A stretch of 64,000 nt of DNA from Candidatus Azobacteroides sp. (GCA_021201815.1 JAJQEC010000083.1:5177-69176); one strand, 5' to 3'; positions 42,075 through 52,640 are shown, counted from the first letter of the stretch. Translations and numbers: made by a program. The notes: generated by a model not told the origin, from the sequence alone.

Positions 42075-44774
42075 TTAATATAATTTTGCCAGGCCCAGTT
42101 TATTCATAATCCATTTTTCAATCTCTACAATGATAAATATAATTAAACTCAGGATAATAGTAGGATACCATTCCGAAAGTTCCATCGGTTGTGTTCCGAA
42201 TACATTGTTCATAAACGGAAGATAAGTGATTGCCAGTTGTAATAAAATAAGAATCCCGCATACTATAAAAACTGCTTTGTTTGAAAAGAAGTCCTTATTC
42301 AGGGCAAATCTGCTGATACTTCTGTTATTGAACAGGTGGAACATTTGGGTAAATACAATAGTATTTAGCGTAACTGTTTTAATTAATTCCGGATCCAGCC
42401 CTCTTTTCTGCATGCTCAGGTTTAACCAGAGTGTGCCCCCTCCGATTAGGACGGAAACAAATAATATCCTCCAGATAAAGTATCCGCTTAATAAAGGCCT
42501 TTTCGGAGAACGGGGAGGCCTGTGCATTACGTCGGATTCGATTTTCTCAAAAGCAAGGGCGAAGGATATGGTGATAGAAGTCACCATATTTACCCATAGG
42601 ATCTGAACAGGGGTAAGAGGAATCGCAGTGCCGAAAAGAATACTTGCTATAATCAGGAAACTTTCCGCCCCATTAGTCGGTAAAATAAAAAGAATTGTTT
42701 TTTTCAGGTTATCATATACCCTTCTTCCTTCTTCTACCGCAGCAGCAATTGTGCTGAAATTATCATCTGCCAACACCATCTCGGAAGCGTCTTTTGTTAC
42801 TTCGGTTCCTTTTATTCCCATGGCAATCCCTACATCTGCTTTTTTCAGTGCCGGGGCATCATTTACCCCGTCTCCGGTCATGGCACATATAATATTATTA
42901 GCCTGCAGGGCTTCTACCAGGCGAAGTTTATGTTCCGGACTTGTCCGGGCAAAAATATCACATTCCAGTGCTGCTTTCTGCAGCTCCTTGTCATCCATCT
43001 TTTCCAGGTCTTTTCCCTGAAGCGCTATTTTCCCGTTCCCTATTCCCATTTCGTTTCCTATTGCTTTCGCTGTGGCAATATGGTCACCGGTAATCATCTT
43101 TACTGTTATCCCTGCTTCCTGGCATACCTTAATTGCTTTGATTGCCTCTTCCCGGGGCGGATCTATAATGCCGGCAAGACCCAGAAAAACAATATCATTT
43201 TGAATATCCCTATACTCAAGAGTTGTCTTATTGTCTTCAGCGAGTTTATAAGCACCTCCGATAAGGCGTTGGCCGGAAGCTGCGATTTCCTGTATTTTCT
43301 CATTCCAGAATCCCACATCAAAATTTTGTTCTCCGTTGCTGTTACATTCCTTGCTTACCATTTCCATTAACCGGTCCGGAGCTCCCTTTATAAAGATGAT
43401 CTTTCTTCCGTTGATATCAACCAGCGTAGCCATGTATTTATATTCCGAATCGAAAGGAATGGTTGCAATACGTCTGGAATTAAGCTCTTTCAGGTTGGCT
43501 TTCTCATACAATGTCAGTAGCGCTCCTTCTGTCGGATCTCCTTTGACATACCAATTCCCGTGTTTATCTTCTCCTAATTCCGCATCATTACAATAATAAA
43601 AGCAGTTGATAAGTCTTTTTAGTATTAGCTCTTCCTGAGAATTTACTTCTTTTCCTTCCTGTATTATCTTCCCTTCCGGTTCATATCCTATCCCGGAAAC
43701 CTTAAAGGTATCATCTTTTGTAACAACTGTTTTTACCGTCATTTCGTTTCGGGTGAGTGTTCCGGTTTTGTCACTACAGATCACGGATACTGCTCCCAAT
43801 GTTTCCACGGAAGGTAAATTGCGGATGATGGCTTTCCGTTTCGCCATATTTTGTACTCCGATAGAAAGGATAATGGAAAGGATGGCCGGTAATCCTTCCG
43901 GTATAGCAGCTACCGCCAGACCGATAACGGAAAGTAAGAGTTCTTTTGTTTCATAATGCCTGTAAAAGTGACCGAACAGATAAATAATAACAGCCAGTCC
44001 GACAATGGCTATGGAAATGGTTTTCCCGAACTGTGCGGTTTGCTTTAAAAGAGGAGTAGTAAGAGGTTTTACCTCGGATATCATCCGGTTGATTTTTCCG
44101 ATCTCTGTTTTTTCCCCTACCGATATAACAATTCCCGTACCCGTTCCTGCACTTACCGTGGTTCCTGAGAATGCCAGATTATTCCGGTCTCCCAACGGAG
44201 TATCTTCATCCAGGGCTTGTATAAACTTATCGGAAGGAACAGATTCTCCCGTTAGAGCGGATTCCTCGATTTTCAGATTATTGACAGAAAGCAACCGGAG
44301 GTCCGCAGGTACCTTATCTCCGGGATTCAGCAATACAATATCCCCTGGTGTCAACTGACTGGCATCTATTTCTCTTCGCTCTCCGTTCCGGATAACATCT
44401 GCTTTCAGGGAAAGCAGGTTTTTTATCTGCTCCAGGGCTCTTTGTGCCTTTCCTTCTTGAAAAAAACCGATTAAAGTATTAATAAAGGCCACCAGCACAA
44501 TGACAATCGCATCTACATAATGTCCTAAAACAAGAGATATAATCGCAGCTATAAAAAGTATATAGATTAATATATCGTTAAAGTGTGACAGGAAGCGTAA
44601 AATTGCTGATTTTTTCTTTCTTTGGGGAAGTTCATTCTCTCCGTATTCTTCTATCCTTTTTTTTGCTTCCTCTTTTGTAAGTCCGGTTTCCGGATTTGAA
44701 TGTAATTTCTTTATTACTTCTTCCGGTGACAGGGAATACATTTTTTCCTTTTTGTTGGTATGCTTTTGTTCCAT
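42075..44774 (-). CDS. Cation-transporting P-type ATPase (P2, Ca2+/PMCA-SERCA-like)
   Basis: 899 aa. TGES, PEGLPA, DKTGTLT and TGDGVNDAPALKKADVGIAMG motifs. Confidence 0.9.
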   Translation of the reverse strand: MEQKHTNKKEKMYSLSPEEVIKKLHSNPETGLTKEEAKKRIEEYGENELPQRKKKSAILRFLSHFNDILIYILFIAAIISLVLGHYVDAIVIVLVAFINTLIGFFQEGKAQRALEQIKNLLSLKADVIRNGERREIDASQLTPGDIVLLNPGDKVPADLRLLSVNNLKIEESALTGESVPSDKFIQALDEDTPLGDRNNLAFSGTTVSAGTGTGIVISVGEKTEIGKINRMISEVKPLTTPLLKQTAQFGKTISIAIVGLAVIIYLFGHFYRHYETKELLLSVIGLAVAAIPEGLPAILSIILSIGVQNMAKRKAIIRNLPSVETLGAVSVICSDKTGTLTRNEMTVKTVVTKDDTFKVSGIGYEPEGKIIQEGKEVNSQEELILKRLINCFYYCNDAELGEDKHGNWYVKGDPTEGALLTLYEKANLKELNSRRIATIPFDSEYKYMATLVDINGRKIIFIKGAPDRLMEMVSKECNSNGEQNFDVGFWNEKIQEIAASGQRLIGGAYKLAEDNKTTLEYRDIQNDIVFLGLAGIIDPPREEAIKAIKVCQEAGITVKMITGDHIATAKAIGNEMGIGNGKIALQGKDLEKMDDKELQKAALECDIFARTSPEHKLRLVEALQANNIICAMTGDGVNDAPALKKADVGIAMGIKGTEVTKDASEMVLADDNFSTIAAAVEEGRRVYDNLKKTILFILPTNGAESFLIIASILFGTAIPLTPVQILWVNMVTSITISFALAFEKIESDVMHRPPRSPKRPLLSGYFIWRILFVSVLIGGGTLWLNLSMQKRGLDPELIKTVTLNTIVFTQMFHLFNNRSISRFALNKDFFSNKAVFIVCGILILLQLAITYLPFMNNVFGTQPMELSEWYPTIILSLIIFIIVEIEKWIMNKLGLAKLY

Positions 44775-45479
44775 TCGTTCGGAGTAAAATTATTTTACTA
44801 AAAACAATGTAGAAAGAAAGATTGTTCTTACTGCCTGATTGCTTCCTATTCTTTTTCTTATTCTCTTTCTTTTTATTAAACCTTTTTTTAAATGGAAATA
44901 GTTAATTTTTTCTCCTGGAATAAAATTTTCTGAGTTTTTTTCTATATTATAAGAAAAAATCGTAAATTTAAGTCGTATTTGTTGGTAAGGTAAAATCCTG
45001 ATGAAAACAATAAGAAATAAAATTTTTGGGAAAAAAGGTTTTTCCTGCTGAATTTATTCAGTGTTTGATGTTTCTGACGCGTTTTTCGCAAATCACTCCG
45101 TTTATTTTCTTTTTTTATAAACTGAATGTAAAAAAAGAAAAAAATTACGTTAATTTACGGTTTTATTGATTTTCTTTGTTGTCATAATATTACAAAAAAA
45201 CGGCAATGAAATAAATATAAATACCGAATTTAGAAAATGTGTATTTCTTTATTGGAACTAGTAAAAACTTATCTGTTGTTATATAAGAAAACTGCGAGAA
45301 TTTTTTGGAACTTATCCAATTGACTATTTTTAATTAAAAACCTTAAGATAATTATTTTTTTTAATGTAATATTTTTTCCTGATTTTTGTCTTTTTATAAA
45401 ATCTATTCCCTATTAAGAAATAAGGGCTAAGGAATAAGCTTAACTTTTATATTTAATTATCTCTTTATTTATATATTAT

Positions 45480-46445
45480 ATGATAAAAAAATCATTAAAC
45501 GAGATTTTCATTGATACTATCCGTGAAAAAATACCTGAAAAAGGGAAACTTACAAATAAATTAATAGAAATCTTATCAATAGAAAAAGAGGCTATATACA
45601 GAAGGCTTCGCAATGACGTTCCTTTTACATTTGCTGAAATAGTAACTATTTCCCGTTCGTTATCCATCTCTCTGGATAATATTGTCGGACTTATGCACAT
45701 GAATGCTCCTTACCAGTTCCAGATGATAGATTATATTTATCCGACGAAACTGGATTATGCGAAGCTGGATAATTACATTGCCGTTCTTAAATATATGCAG
45801 AAAGAGTCCTTTTCCGAAGTGGCAGAGGCTTCCTGTACTCTTCCCGAACCGATTTTCCTGAATTATAAACATCTTACCCGTTATCATTTGTTTAAATGGA
45901 ATTATCATCATCATTTTGGTTCAAAACCGTTAATTTCTTTTCATGATATCCAAATTCCGGAAAGATTAGCAGCCCTTCAACAAGCACATTTTGCGGAAAT
46001 AGGACATATAAAACATACCTTTTATATATGGGATTTTTTAATTATTCAGTATTTAATAAATGATATCCAGTCCTTTGCTTCCCTGAACATGATTACACCC
46101 GAAGATGTAAAAATATTAAAAGAGGAATTATTCCGGATGCTGGATTATATGGAAGAACTCGCATTGAATGGTCAGTATAAAGAAACCGGAAATAGGGTAT
46201 TTATTTATATTTCTGATTTTAACTTTGAATTCAGTTGCAGTTATATGGAATCTCCCAATCATAGAATAAGTGTTATGAAAGCATTTACCCTCAATGGGAT
46301 TTCTTCTATCGACGAAGAAGCTTTTATAAACATGAAGAACTGGGTAAATTCCTACAAAAGACTTTCCAATATGATTTCTGTCAGTGGAGAAAAGACAAGG
46401 ATTCAGTTTTTTAACAGGCAAAGGGAAATTGTAAATACTTTATAA
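45480..46445 (+). CDS. HTH (XRE-like) domain protein with about 250-aa helical C-terminal domain, paralog A
   Basis: 321 aa. The N-terminus LSIEKEAIYRRLRNDVPFTFAEIVTISRSLSISLDNIVG aligns with 59690-60655. Confidence 0.65.
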   Translation: MIKKSLNEIFIDTIREKIPEKGKLTNKLIEILSIEKEAIYRRLRNDVPFTFAEIVTISRSLSISLDNIVGLMHMNAPYQFQMIDYIYPTKLDYAKLDNYIAVLKYMQKESFSEVAEASCTLPEPIFLNYKHLTRYHLFKWNYHHHFGSKPLISFHDIQIPERLAALQQAHFAEIGHIKHTFYIWDFLIIQYLINDIQSFASLNMITPEDVKILKEELFRMLDYMEELALNGQYKETGNRVFIYISDFNFEFSCSYMESPNHRISVMKAFTLNGISSIDEEAFINMKNWVNSYKRLSNMISVSGEKTRIQFFNRQREIVNTL

Positions 46446-46486
46446 GGTATATTTCTTCGGATAGTTATTTTTTAGAACATATAAAT

Positions 46487-47749
46487 CTATTCCTGAATCT
46501 TTTTTGCTACTTTACCTACGGTTAATCCTTGTACGACAATAGAAAATACGGCTACAAAATAAGTAATAGCCACAATGGGATTTCTATGCGCCGTATCACC
46601 GATGGATAGCGCAAGTGCGATGGAAACACCTCCTCTTAACCCGCCCCAGACGAGCATAAAGAATGTACTGCGGGTAAATTTTTCATGAAAAGGAATAGCG
46701 AGGGTCGGTATTTTAATAGCAAGGTAACGGGCAAGTAGTACGATCAGGATCGTTAAGATTCCAAGAATCCAGTAATCTTCCAGATCCGGGATTAATAAGA
46801 CTTCAAATCCGATTAAAAGGAATAACAGCGCATTTAATATATTATCCGTCAGCTCCCAGAAAGTATTTACAAAATTATTTTCCAGGTGTTTTTTTTCGGA
46901 ATAGGAACGTCCGAGGTTTCCTATCAGGATGCCTGCAAAGACCATCGTCAAAGGTCCGGAGATATGCAGTACCTGCGAAGCCATAAATCCTCCTAAGACC
47001 ACAGAAAGGGTAATAAGCACATTTATTTTGTCATCGCCGGAAGTTTTCATGGCATAAAGTCCGATATAACCCAGCACAACCCCCACAATAAGAGCACCGA
47101 CAATTTCTCTTACTAACAACAGGGAAATAGAAGTGAAAGTAATATCCATCGGCTCTTCTTTTCCTAAAGCGATATTGTAGATTAAAGTGAAGAGGACAAC
47201 AGCCATCCCGTCATTAAATAATGCTTCTCCTGTAATTTTGGTTTCCAGGGATTTGGGAACTTTTGCCTGTTTTAATATTCCCAGCACAGCCACTGCATCC
47301 GTAGGAGAAATCAAGGCGCCGAAAAGTAAACAATAAATAAGCGAGATATCCGGAATAGCAGGAATATATGTTCTCAGGAACTGTAATAAATAAAATAAAC
47401 TGAAGCCCACTATAAACGTAGATATAATGACACTTAACGTGGAAAAAACAATAATGGATGTCTTTTCCTCTTTCAGGTCATTGATATTGATCTGGATGGC
47501 TCCTGCAAACAACAGGAAATACAGCATGCCCCCCATCACAAGTTGTGTAAAATCAATATGGTTGATGAGGCTGTAAATATCCTGTAAAGGTTCCGGCTCA
47601 AAGTACCCGATAATAACAAGAATCGCAGAAAAGATCATGGTGATGATCATAATGCCGATCGTAGAAGGTAACTTTAAAAAACGGGCATTTATATAAGAAA
47701 AAATAGTAGTAATAATAATTAAAACAGCAAAAGAATAATATAAACTCAT
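46487..47749 (-). CDS. Na+/H+ (cation:proton) antiporter, CPA1/NhaP type
   Basis: 420 aa, polytopic. ...ISPTDAVAV..I... and ...EALFNDG.AVVLF motifs. Confidence 0.85.
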   Translation of the reverse strand: MSLYYSFAVLIIITTIFSYINARFLKLPSTIGIMIITMIFSAILVIIGYFEPEPLQDIYSLINHIDFTQLVMGGMLYFLLFAGAIQININDLKEEKTSIIVFSTLSVIISTFIVGFSLFYLLQFLRTYIPAIPDISLIYCLLFGALISPTDAVAVLGILKQAKVPKSLETKITGEALFNDGMAVVLFTLIYNIALGKEEPMDITFTSISLLLVREIVGALIVGVVLGYIGLYAMKTSGDDKINVLITLSVVLGGFMASQVLHISGPLTMVFAGILIGNLGRSYSEKKHLENNFVNTFWELTDNILNALLFLLIGFEVLLIPDLEDYWILGILTILIVLLARYLAIKIPTLAIPFHEKFTRSTFFMLVWGGLRGGVSIALALSIGDTAHRNPIVAITYFVAVFSIVVQGLTVGKVAKKIQE

Positions 47750-48041
47750 AATTGTTCTTTAAAAATTAAACTCTTCTTGATTTCGAAAAAAGTAAATAAT
47801 AAAATAACAAAACAGGGGGAATATTTGTTGGATAATAAAATAGTTTGTTTCTCCGGTAAATAAGAGAAAAGAAAGAAAAATAGCCTTTTCCGGTAAAAGG
47901 CACATCCGTTCTTAAAATTGCTTTATTCCTAAAGTAGATCGGACCACGGAATATAAAAATCTGTTCTTTCTGTTACAAGGGTAGCATATCGGATGGGATG
48001 TCTTATACAAAACCGGTTTACAAAAAATAAAAATACGATAT

Positions 48042-48812
48042 ATGAAAACACTTTTATTTATTATCGATATGCAAAATGATTTTTGCAGTCCTTCCGGAAG
48101 CTTATACGTTCCGGGTGCACAGGAAGATGTACAGCGCCTTAGCCGTTTCATTCATAAAAAAACAGATGAAATCAATCACATTGTCCTGACACAGGATAGC
48201 CATCAGGTAACAGATATTGCCCACCCGGCTTTCTGGATAAATAAAGAAAATCAGCGTCCCGCTCCTTTCTCTGCTATCACGTATGAAGATTTGGAAGAAG
48301 AGAAATGGATGCCGGTAATCTATCCCGAAGAAGCAAAAAAGTATCTGTCGGAATTGAAAAAAGCGGGTCTGCGTTCCCATACTATCTGGCCGGAGCATTG
48401 TATCTGGGGAAGTAAAGGAGCTGCCATCCATCCTGTGGTTATGGAAGAAGTAATAAGATGGGCACGGAAAGGCCGTCTCTTTGATATTGTAATAAAAGGT
48501 ACCCATCCTTTGTCCGAACATTATGGCGCTTTTCAGGCCGAAGTACCGGTAACAGATGCAAAGGAAACCCAATTCAATCATTCCCTGCTGGAAAAATTAA
48601 GAGCTTTTGATAAAATCTGGATTGCCGGTGAAGCTAAAAGCCATTGTGTAGCAAACACGATCCGGCAGCTTTTTGACTATCCGGATATTATGAGAAAACT
48701 GATTATTCTTGAAAATTGCATGAGCGATATTCCCGGATCCGAAACTCTTTCTGCTTCCGTATGCGAACGGGCACGGGAAATGGGTGCAGCTTTTGACCGG
48801 TATGAAGGATAG
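48042..48812 (+). CDS. Isochorismatase-family hydrolase (nicotinamidase-like)
   Basis: 256 aa. LLFIIDMQNDFCSPSGSLYVPGA and a catalytic-Cys region GEAKSHCVANT. Confidence 0.75.
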   Translation: MKTLLFIIDMQNDFCSPSGSLYVPGAQEDVQRLSRFIHKKTDEINHIVLTQDSHQVTDIAHPAFWINKENQRPAPFSAITYEDLEEEKWMPVIYPEEAKKYLSELKKAGLRSHTIWPEHCIWGSKGAAIHPVVMEEVIRWARKGRLFDIVIKGTHPLSEHYGAFQAEVPVTDAKETQFNHSLLEKLRAFDKIWIAGEAKSHCVANTIRQLFDYPDIMRKLIILENCMSDIPGSETLSASVCERAREMGAAFDRYEG

Positions 48813-48962
48813 GGCAGGGGGGATCCAAAAGGATAATAACCTCATACATAAAAAAAGAATAAAATTTATCCACGGTAAAATAACCGGAAGAATAGGATTT
48901 TCCGGAAATAAGAAACATAAAAATAAAACAGCCAAAAACTTGACTTCCCGTTAGAAAAGTAG

Positions 48963-48970
48963 TATCTTTG
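48963..48970 (+). promoter_or_regulatory. -7 box TATCTTTG at the head of the 0.9-kb intergenic region
   Basis: Matches TAnnTTTG, with TTGAC about 25 nt upstream. The next plus-strand CDS is 750 nt away. Confidence 0.4.
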
Positions 48971-49105
48971 GTATCATGTAGGAGGAAGAATGCTTAACAG
49001 GTAAGTCAGGACATAACAACGCTCCGACGGTATCTGTAAGCCCTTCCCGAGTGGCTGTTCTCTTCTTATACCGGGCAACATCCCAGTTCTTATTCAAAGT
49101 CATCG

Positions 49106-49193
49106 TTCCACATACGTCAGGCGAACGTCCCACATATGTGAGACGTTCGCCCCACATATGTCAAACGAACGTCTCACATATGTGGAACGATAA
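49106..49193 (+). repeat. Four phased 22-bp units containing CACATATGTG palindromes
   Basis: Units start at 49106, 49128, 49150 and 49172: ttccacatacgt.., tcccacatatgt.., ccccacatatgt.., tctcacatatgt... They are flanked alternately by cgaacgtc / gacgttcg. Confidence 0.9.
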
Positions 49194-49259
49194 CATTCTG
49201 CTCTGCTTTGTACGACATCCTGCTCTGCTTTACATGACATTCTGCTCTGCTTTATATAA
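49194..49259 (+). repeat. Three phased 22-bp direct repeats (CAT[TC]CTGCTCTGCTTT)
   Basis: Units start at 49194, 49216 and 49238, continuing the 22-bp register of the preceding array. Confidence 0.9.
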
Positions 49260-49376
49260 CTTTCACCTAATGTTTTTATACCTTTACCATGATAAAAAAC
49301 GTATCCTTTGGTTAGGTGCAGCGTATATTTACGGGTCTACCCCGCAGGTTGCAGCCCAATGCCGTCAACTTAAGTA

Positions 49377-49424
49377 CCGTGTGCTGAGGCAGCACGGCTA
49401 ATGATATATCGCCATTCCGTGGCT
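49377..49424 (-). repeat. 48-nt intergenic repeat, copy 4 (solo)
   Basis: The minus strand reads agccacggaatggcgatatatcattagccgtgctgcctcagcacacgg. Its last 23 nt are identical to 4939-4961. Confidence 0.8.
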
Positions 49425-49721
49425 GTGACCACTCTGTGGTCAGAGGTTGGATTATTCCTTCTATACAGGGGCTCTCCACCAGAAATGTTTTCCTTAAGTT
49501 AATGATATTGGGTTGCAGCCCTTTTCGCAGAAAGAATAAGCATTCGTCCGAACAAACCGTAATCTGTTTCGGATGGAAATCAGCTTTATAAAACTTGTCT
49601 GTTTTCACATTTATATTACTTTCGTCTCGTTTTATTTGCCGTTATGGGTATTTTACCGGAAATAACATGAGACTTCTCTTTCTTCCGGTAAATTGAGACA
49701 ATAAAAACAGAGGAAATTTAT

Positions 49722-50927
49722 ATGAGAAAACTGTTACTGGCTTGTAGTTTTATCTTTATCGGACTGGCCTTTTCATGGGCACAAACTTCTGATGTCCAAT
49801 CTTCCCTGGATTCAATTTCTCAGGTTTTGCTGCCTGATACAGAGGAGGAAGTCCGAAAGTCCCGGGAGTTTCGTGGTAACATTCTCGGAGGACCGGGATA
49901 TACGCCGGATTACGGTGTCCTGGTGGGAGGAAGCGCTTTAATGACTTTCGTCATGAATCCGCAGGATACCGTGCGAATGCGTTCGGTGGTTCCGTTATCC
50001 TTTGCTTTTATGTTTAAAAGCGGTTTCAATGTAGGTTTCCGTCCCCAGCTCTTTTTTAAAAATGACCGGTTACGTGTATTCGGACAGTTCCGGTACAAAA
50101 ATACCCTGGATAATTATTATGGGATCGGGTATGCTACCAATAAAGACTATGAACGAGGAGAAGAAACCAGTGAGTTCCGGTACAACCAGCTTCAGTTTAA
50201 TCCGTGGGTCATGTTCCGTGTCCGGCAGACAGACTTTTTTGTTGGTCCCCAACTCGATCTGAATTACGATAAGTTTAAAGAACCGGCAGAAGGAGTAATT
50301 CGTGACCCGTCTTATATAAAAGACGGAGGAACGGCAGACGGATACAGCAATTTCAGTTCCGGGGTAGGATTTCTGGCTTCTTATGATACACGGGATATTC
50401 CTGCGAATGCCTACCGGGGAGTCTTCCTGGATGCAAAAGGGATGTGGTATAATAAGATCCTGGGCAGCGATAATAACTTTTACAAACTGGAACTGGAATA
50501 CCGGCAGTATAAATTAGTGGGAGACCGGAAAGTAATTGCCTGGACCATACAGAGTGAAAATGTATTCGGGAGGAACATACCCATAAATAAATATGTCCTT
50601 ACCGGCACCCCGTTTGACTTGCGGGGATATTACATGGGGCAGTACCGTGACAAAACGTCCCATGTGCTTCTGGCGGAATACCGGCAGATGGTCAATACGG
50701 ATGGGCAGACAAGATTCAAACGGTTACTGAACCGGGTCGGGTTTGCTACGTGGGCAGGTTCCGGTTTTATGGGGCCGAATCCGGTAAAAATAGAAGGAGT
50801 GCTCCCGAATGTAGGTGCCGGATTACGGGTTGAAATACAACCCCGTATGAATGTACGGCTTGATGTCGGACGCAATTTCATAAATAATTCCACGTTGTTT
50901 TATATGAATATGACAGAAGCATTTTAA
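49722..50927 (+). CDS. Omp85/BamA-TamA-family (bacterial surface antigen) outer-membrane beta-barrel protein
   Basis: 401 aa. Signal peptide, alternating beta-strand pattern, aromatic C-terminus (...TLFYMNMTEAF). Confidence 0.65.
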   Translation: MRKLLLACSFIFIGLAFSWAQTSDVQSSLDSISQVLLPDTEEEVRKSREFRGNILGGPGYTPDYGVLVGGSALMTFVMNPQDTVRMRSVVPLSFAFMFKSGFNVGFRPQLFFKNDRLRVFGQFRYKNTLDNYYGIGYATNKDYERGEETSEFRYNQLQFNPWVMFRVRQTDFFVGPQLDLNYDKFKEPAEGVIRDPSYIKDGGTADGYSNFSSGVGFLASYDTRDIPANAYRGVFLDAKGMWYNKILGSDNNFYKLELEYRQYKLVGDRKVIAWTIQSENVFGRNIPINKYVLTGTPFDLRGYYMGQYRDKTSHVLLAEYRQMVNTDGQTRFKRLLNRVGFATWAGSGFMGPNPVKIEGVLPNVGAGLRVEIQPRMNVRLDVGRNFINNSTLFYMNMTEAF

Positions 50928-51056
50928 CTATTGATTCGGGAAAATATCTCCGACTTCCTGAAATTTTCACTATCGATGGAATAATTGTATTTATAAAATA
51001 AGTTGATTATTTGTATATGGCAACTAAGCACATGGCTTTTTTATGTCTTCTCTTTT

Positions 51057-51152
51057 TTATTTATTCATGTGGAAAAGAAAGCTATTATTTTCTTTCTGGC
51101 TGTTGCAGCCGGCAATCAATAGCATTAAAATGACAATCCGATAATTTTTCAT
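51057..51152 (-). CDS. 31-codon ORF with a lipoprotein signal peptide (possible 5' remnant of an efflux adaptor gene)
   Basis: MKNYRIVILMLLIAGCNSQKENNSFLFHMNK*. The lipobox is LIAGC. The ATG lies 5 nt after the TolC-like stop. Confidence 0.3.
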   Translation of the reverse strand: MKNYRIVILMLLIAGCNSQKENNSFLFHMNK

Positions 51153-51157
51153 ATCCG

Positions 51158-52348
51158 TTATTTATTATTCTGGTTGCTATATAACTCTAGTTCCAGTGCT
51201 GAAATATTGTAAGAATACACAGCCTCGATATAATTACTCTTTATCTCACGGGCAGAATTCATGCTCTGGATAAACTGAACGACATCGGTTTCACTTTCCC
51301 GGAATTGTTTCCATGCAGTTTGTTCCAATGCGTCAGCTTCCGCCAGTGCTGCGGATTGATAGTAATGGATATTTTCCAGACGTTGGTTTAATACTATCTC
51401 CAGTTCCATGATTTTATTATCTAACTGGTAAAGCAAGTCATCAGCTTCTGTCCGGGAAATTTCATAATCAATCTTTGCCTGCCTGATCCGGCTTTTATTT
51501 GAAAAAAAGAAAACAGGAACGGAAACTCCGATTGCCCAGGAATCCAGCCTGCTGTCTGGAGTGATCTTTTGTCTTGTATATCCCACTGACAATTCCGGAA
51601 AGAGCTTGCTGCGTTCGACATTTACAAGTGCTTTCTTCGTTTCTGTCTGGTTCTCATAATATTCCTGATGAGTCACAGAGGGGAGATTATTTACATTCAA
51701 TACCGGATACAAATTCAGGATCGTATCTCCGGGAATTAATGTTACATCCGAATAACAACTCCATGCTAATCGATGCAGTGCAAGCTGTAGTTCTTCATCT
51801 GCCTGTATATTTTTTGTGTAAAGGTCTGCTGCCAGTGCTGTGATCATATTCTTATCCAGCAGGGAAATATTCCCTTGTTCATACCGGAGCGAACCGGTCC
51901 GGATTACATGATCGATCCATTCCTGATAATTACTTAGCAATACCTTCTGATGATACGCATACTGGTAGTAAGCCCATGCCCTTTTTACTTCCGCTGTTAC
52001 TTCTTTCTCCACCAATGCATAATACAACATACCTGTCCGGATTTCCTTTTTAATCAATGTATTTTTATAAAAAGGCAGCAACACATTTCCCAGAGACTGA
52101 TTGATCTCAAGCTGATGATCTTTTTTAGTGGGGCCATTGATTTGTCCCCATGAATAATTCAGGGAGGTAGCAGGAATATCCCATACTTCCCCCCGTGAAG
52201 CTTTTGTTTGTTCAATAGAAGCCGTTGTGGTTTTCAGCCGGGGATTGTTCCGGAGAGCAATATCTATCGCTTCATTCAGCGTAATCGTTTGCTGGGCAGG
52301 TACAGGAAACACAACTGCTGTCAGCACAAGAGGAAAAATGAATTTCAT
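51158..52348 (-). CDS. TolC-family outer-membrane efflux protein
   Basis: Start taken at the internal ATG (MKFIFPLVLTAVVFPVPAQQTITLNEAIDIALRNNPRL...). Two repeats of the TolC-like helical/barrel pattern. Confidence 0.8.
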   Translation of the reverse strand: MKFIFPLVLTAVVFPVPAQQTITLNEAIDIALRNNPRLKTTTASIEQTKASRGEVWDIPATSLNYSWGQINGPTKKDHQLEINQSLGNVLLPFYKNTLIKKEIRTGMLYYALVEKEVTAEVKRAWAYYQYAYHQKVLLSNYQEWIDHVIRTGSLRYEQGNISLLDKNMITALAADLYTKNIQADEELQLALHRLAWSCYSDVTLIPGDTILNLYPVLNVNNLPSVTHQEYYENQTETKKALVNVERSKLFPELSVGYTRQKITPDSRLDSWAIGVSVPVFFFSNKSRIRQAKIDYEISRTEADDLLYQLDNKIMELEIVLNQRLENIHYYQSAALAEADALEQTAWKQFRESETDVVQFIQSMNSAREIKSNYIEAVYSYNISALELELYSNQNNK

Positions 52349-52640
52349 CCAGCTTTTCCGTTTCCCTATACCGGTACTATTGACAAGTTTATAAAAAACA
52401 GGAATAATCAGCAGGGTAAGCACGGTTGACAGAAGCAATCCGCCTATTACCACCGTTGCCAGAGGCCGTTGCACTTCCGCACCAGCTGAAGTAGCGATAG
52501 CCATCGGAACAAATCCCAACGAAGCTACCAGATCGGTCAGGAAAACAGGCCGTAATAAGTGTGGACATCCTTTTGCAATTATGCGGTTTGTACTCATACC
52601 GTAGAGGTTTTGTTTTTTCAGATCATTGCTACCTTTTCCC
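52349..52640 (-). pseudogene. 3'-terminal remnant of a CzcA/HAE-type RND efflux permease
   Basis: ..LLRPVFLTDLVASLGFVPMAIATSAGAEVQRPLATVVIGGLLLSTVLTLLIIPVFY matches the last TM helices of RND pumps. About 90% of the gene is missing. It reads in frame into the TolC-like gene. Confidence 0.7.

Noticed and set aside
48874-48882. Calling the 48.8-49.7-kb region oriC, based on TTATCCACg and the CCACA-containing repeats.
   Set aside because: There is only one near-consensus DnaA box. No dnaA or dnaN is nearby, and GC skew cannot be evaluated from one window. It is kept only as one hypothesis within the repeat-array finding.
49106-49259. Possible CRISPR array, because of the regular short repeats.
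   Set aside because: The units are contiguous with no spacers, the period is only 22 bp, there are two unrelated repeat classes, and the window has no cas genes.
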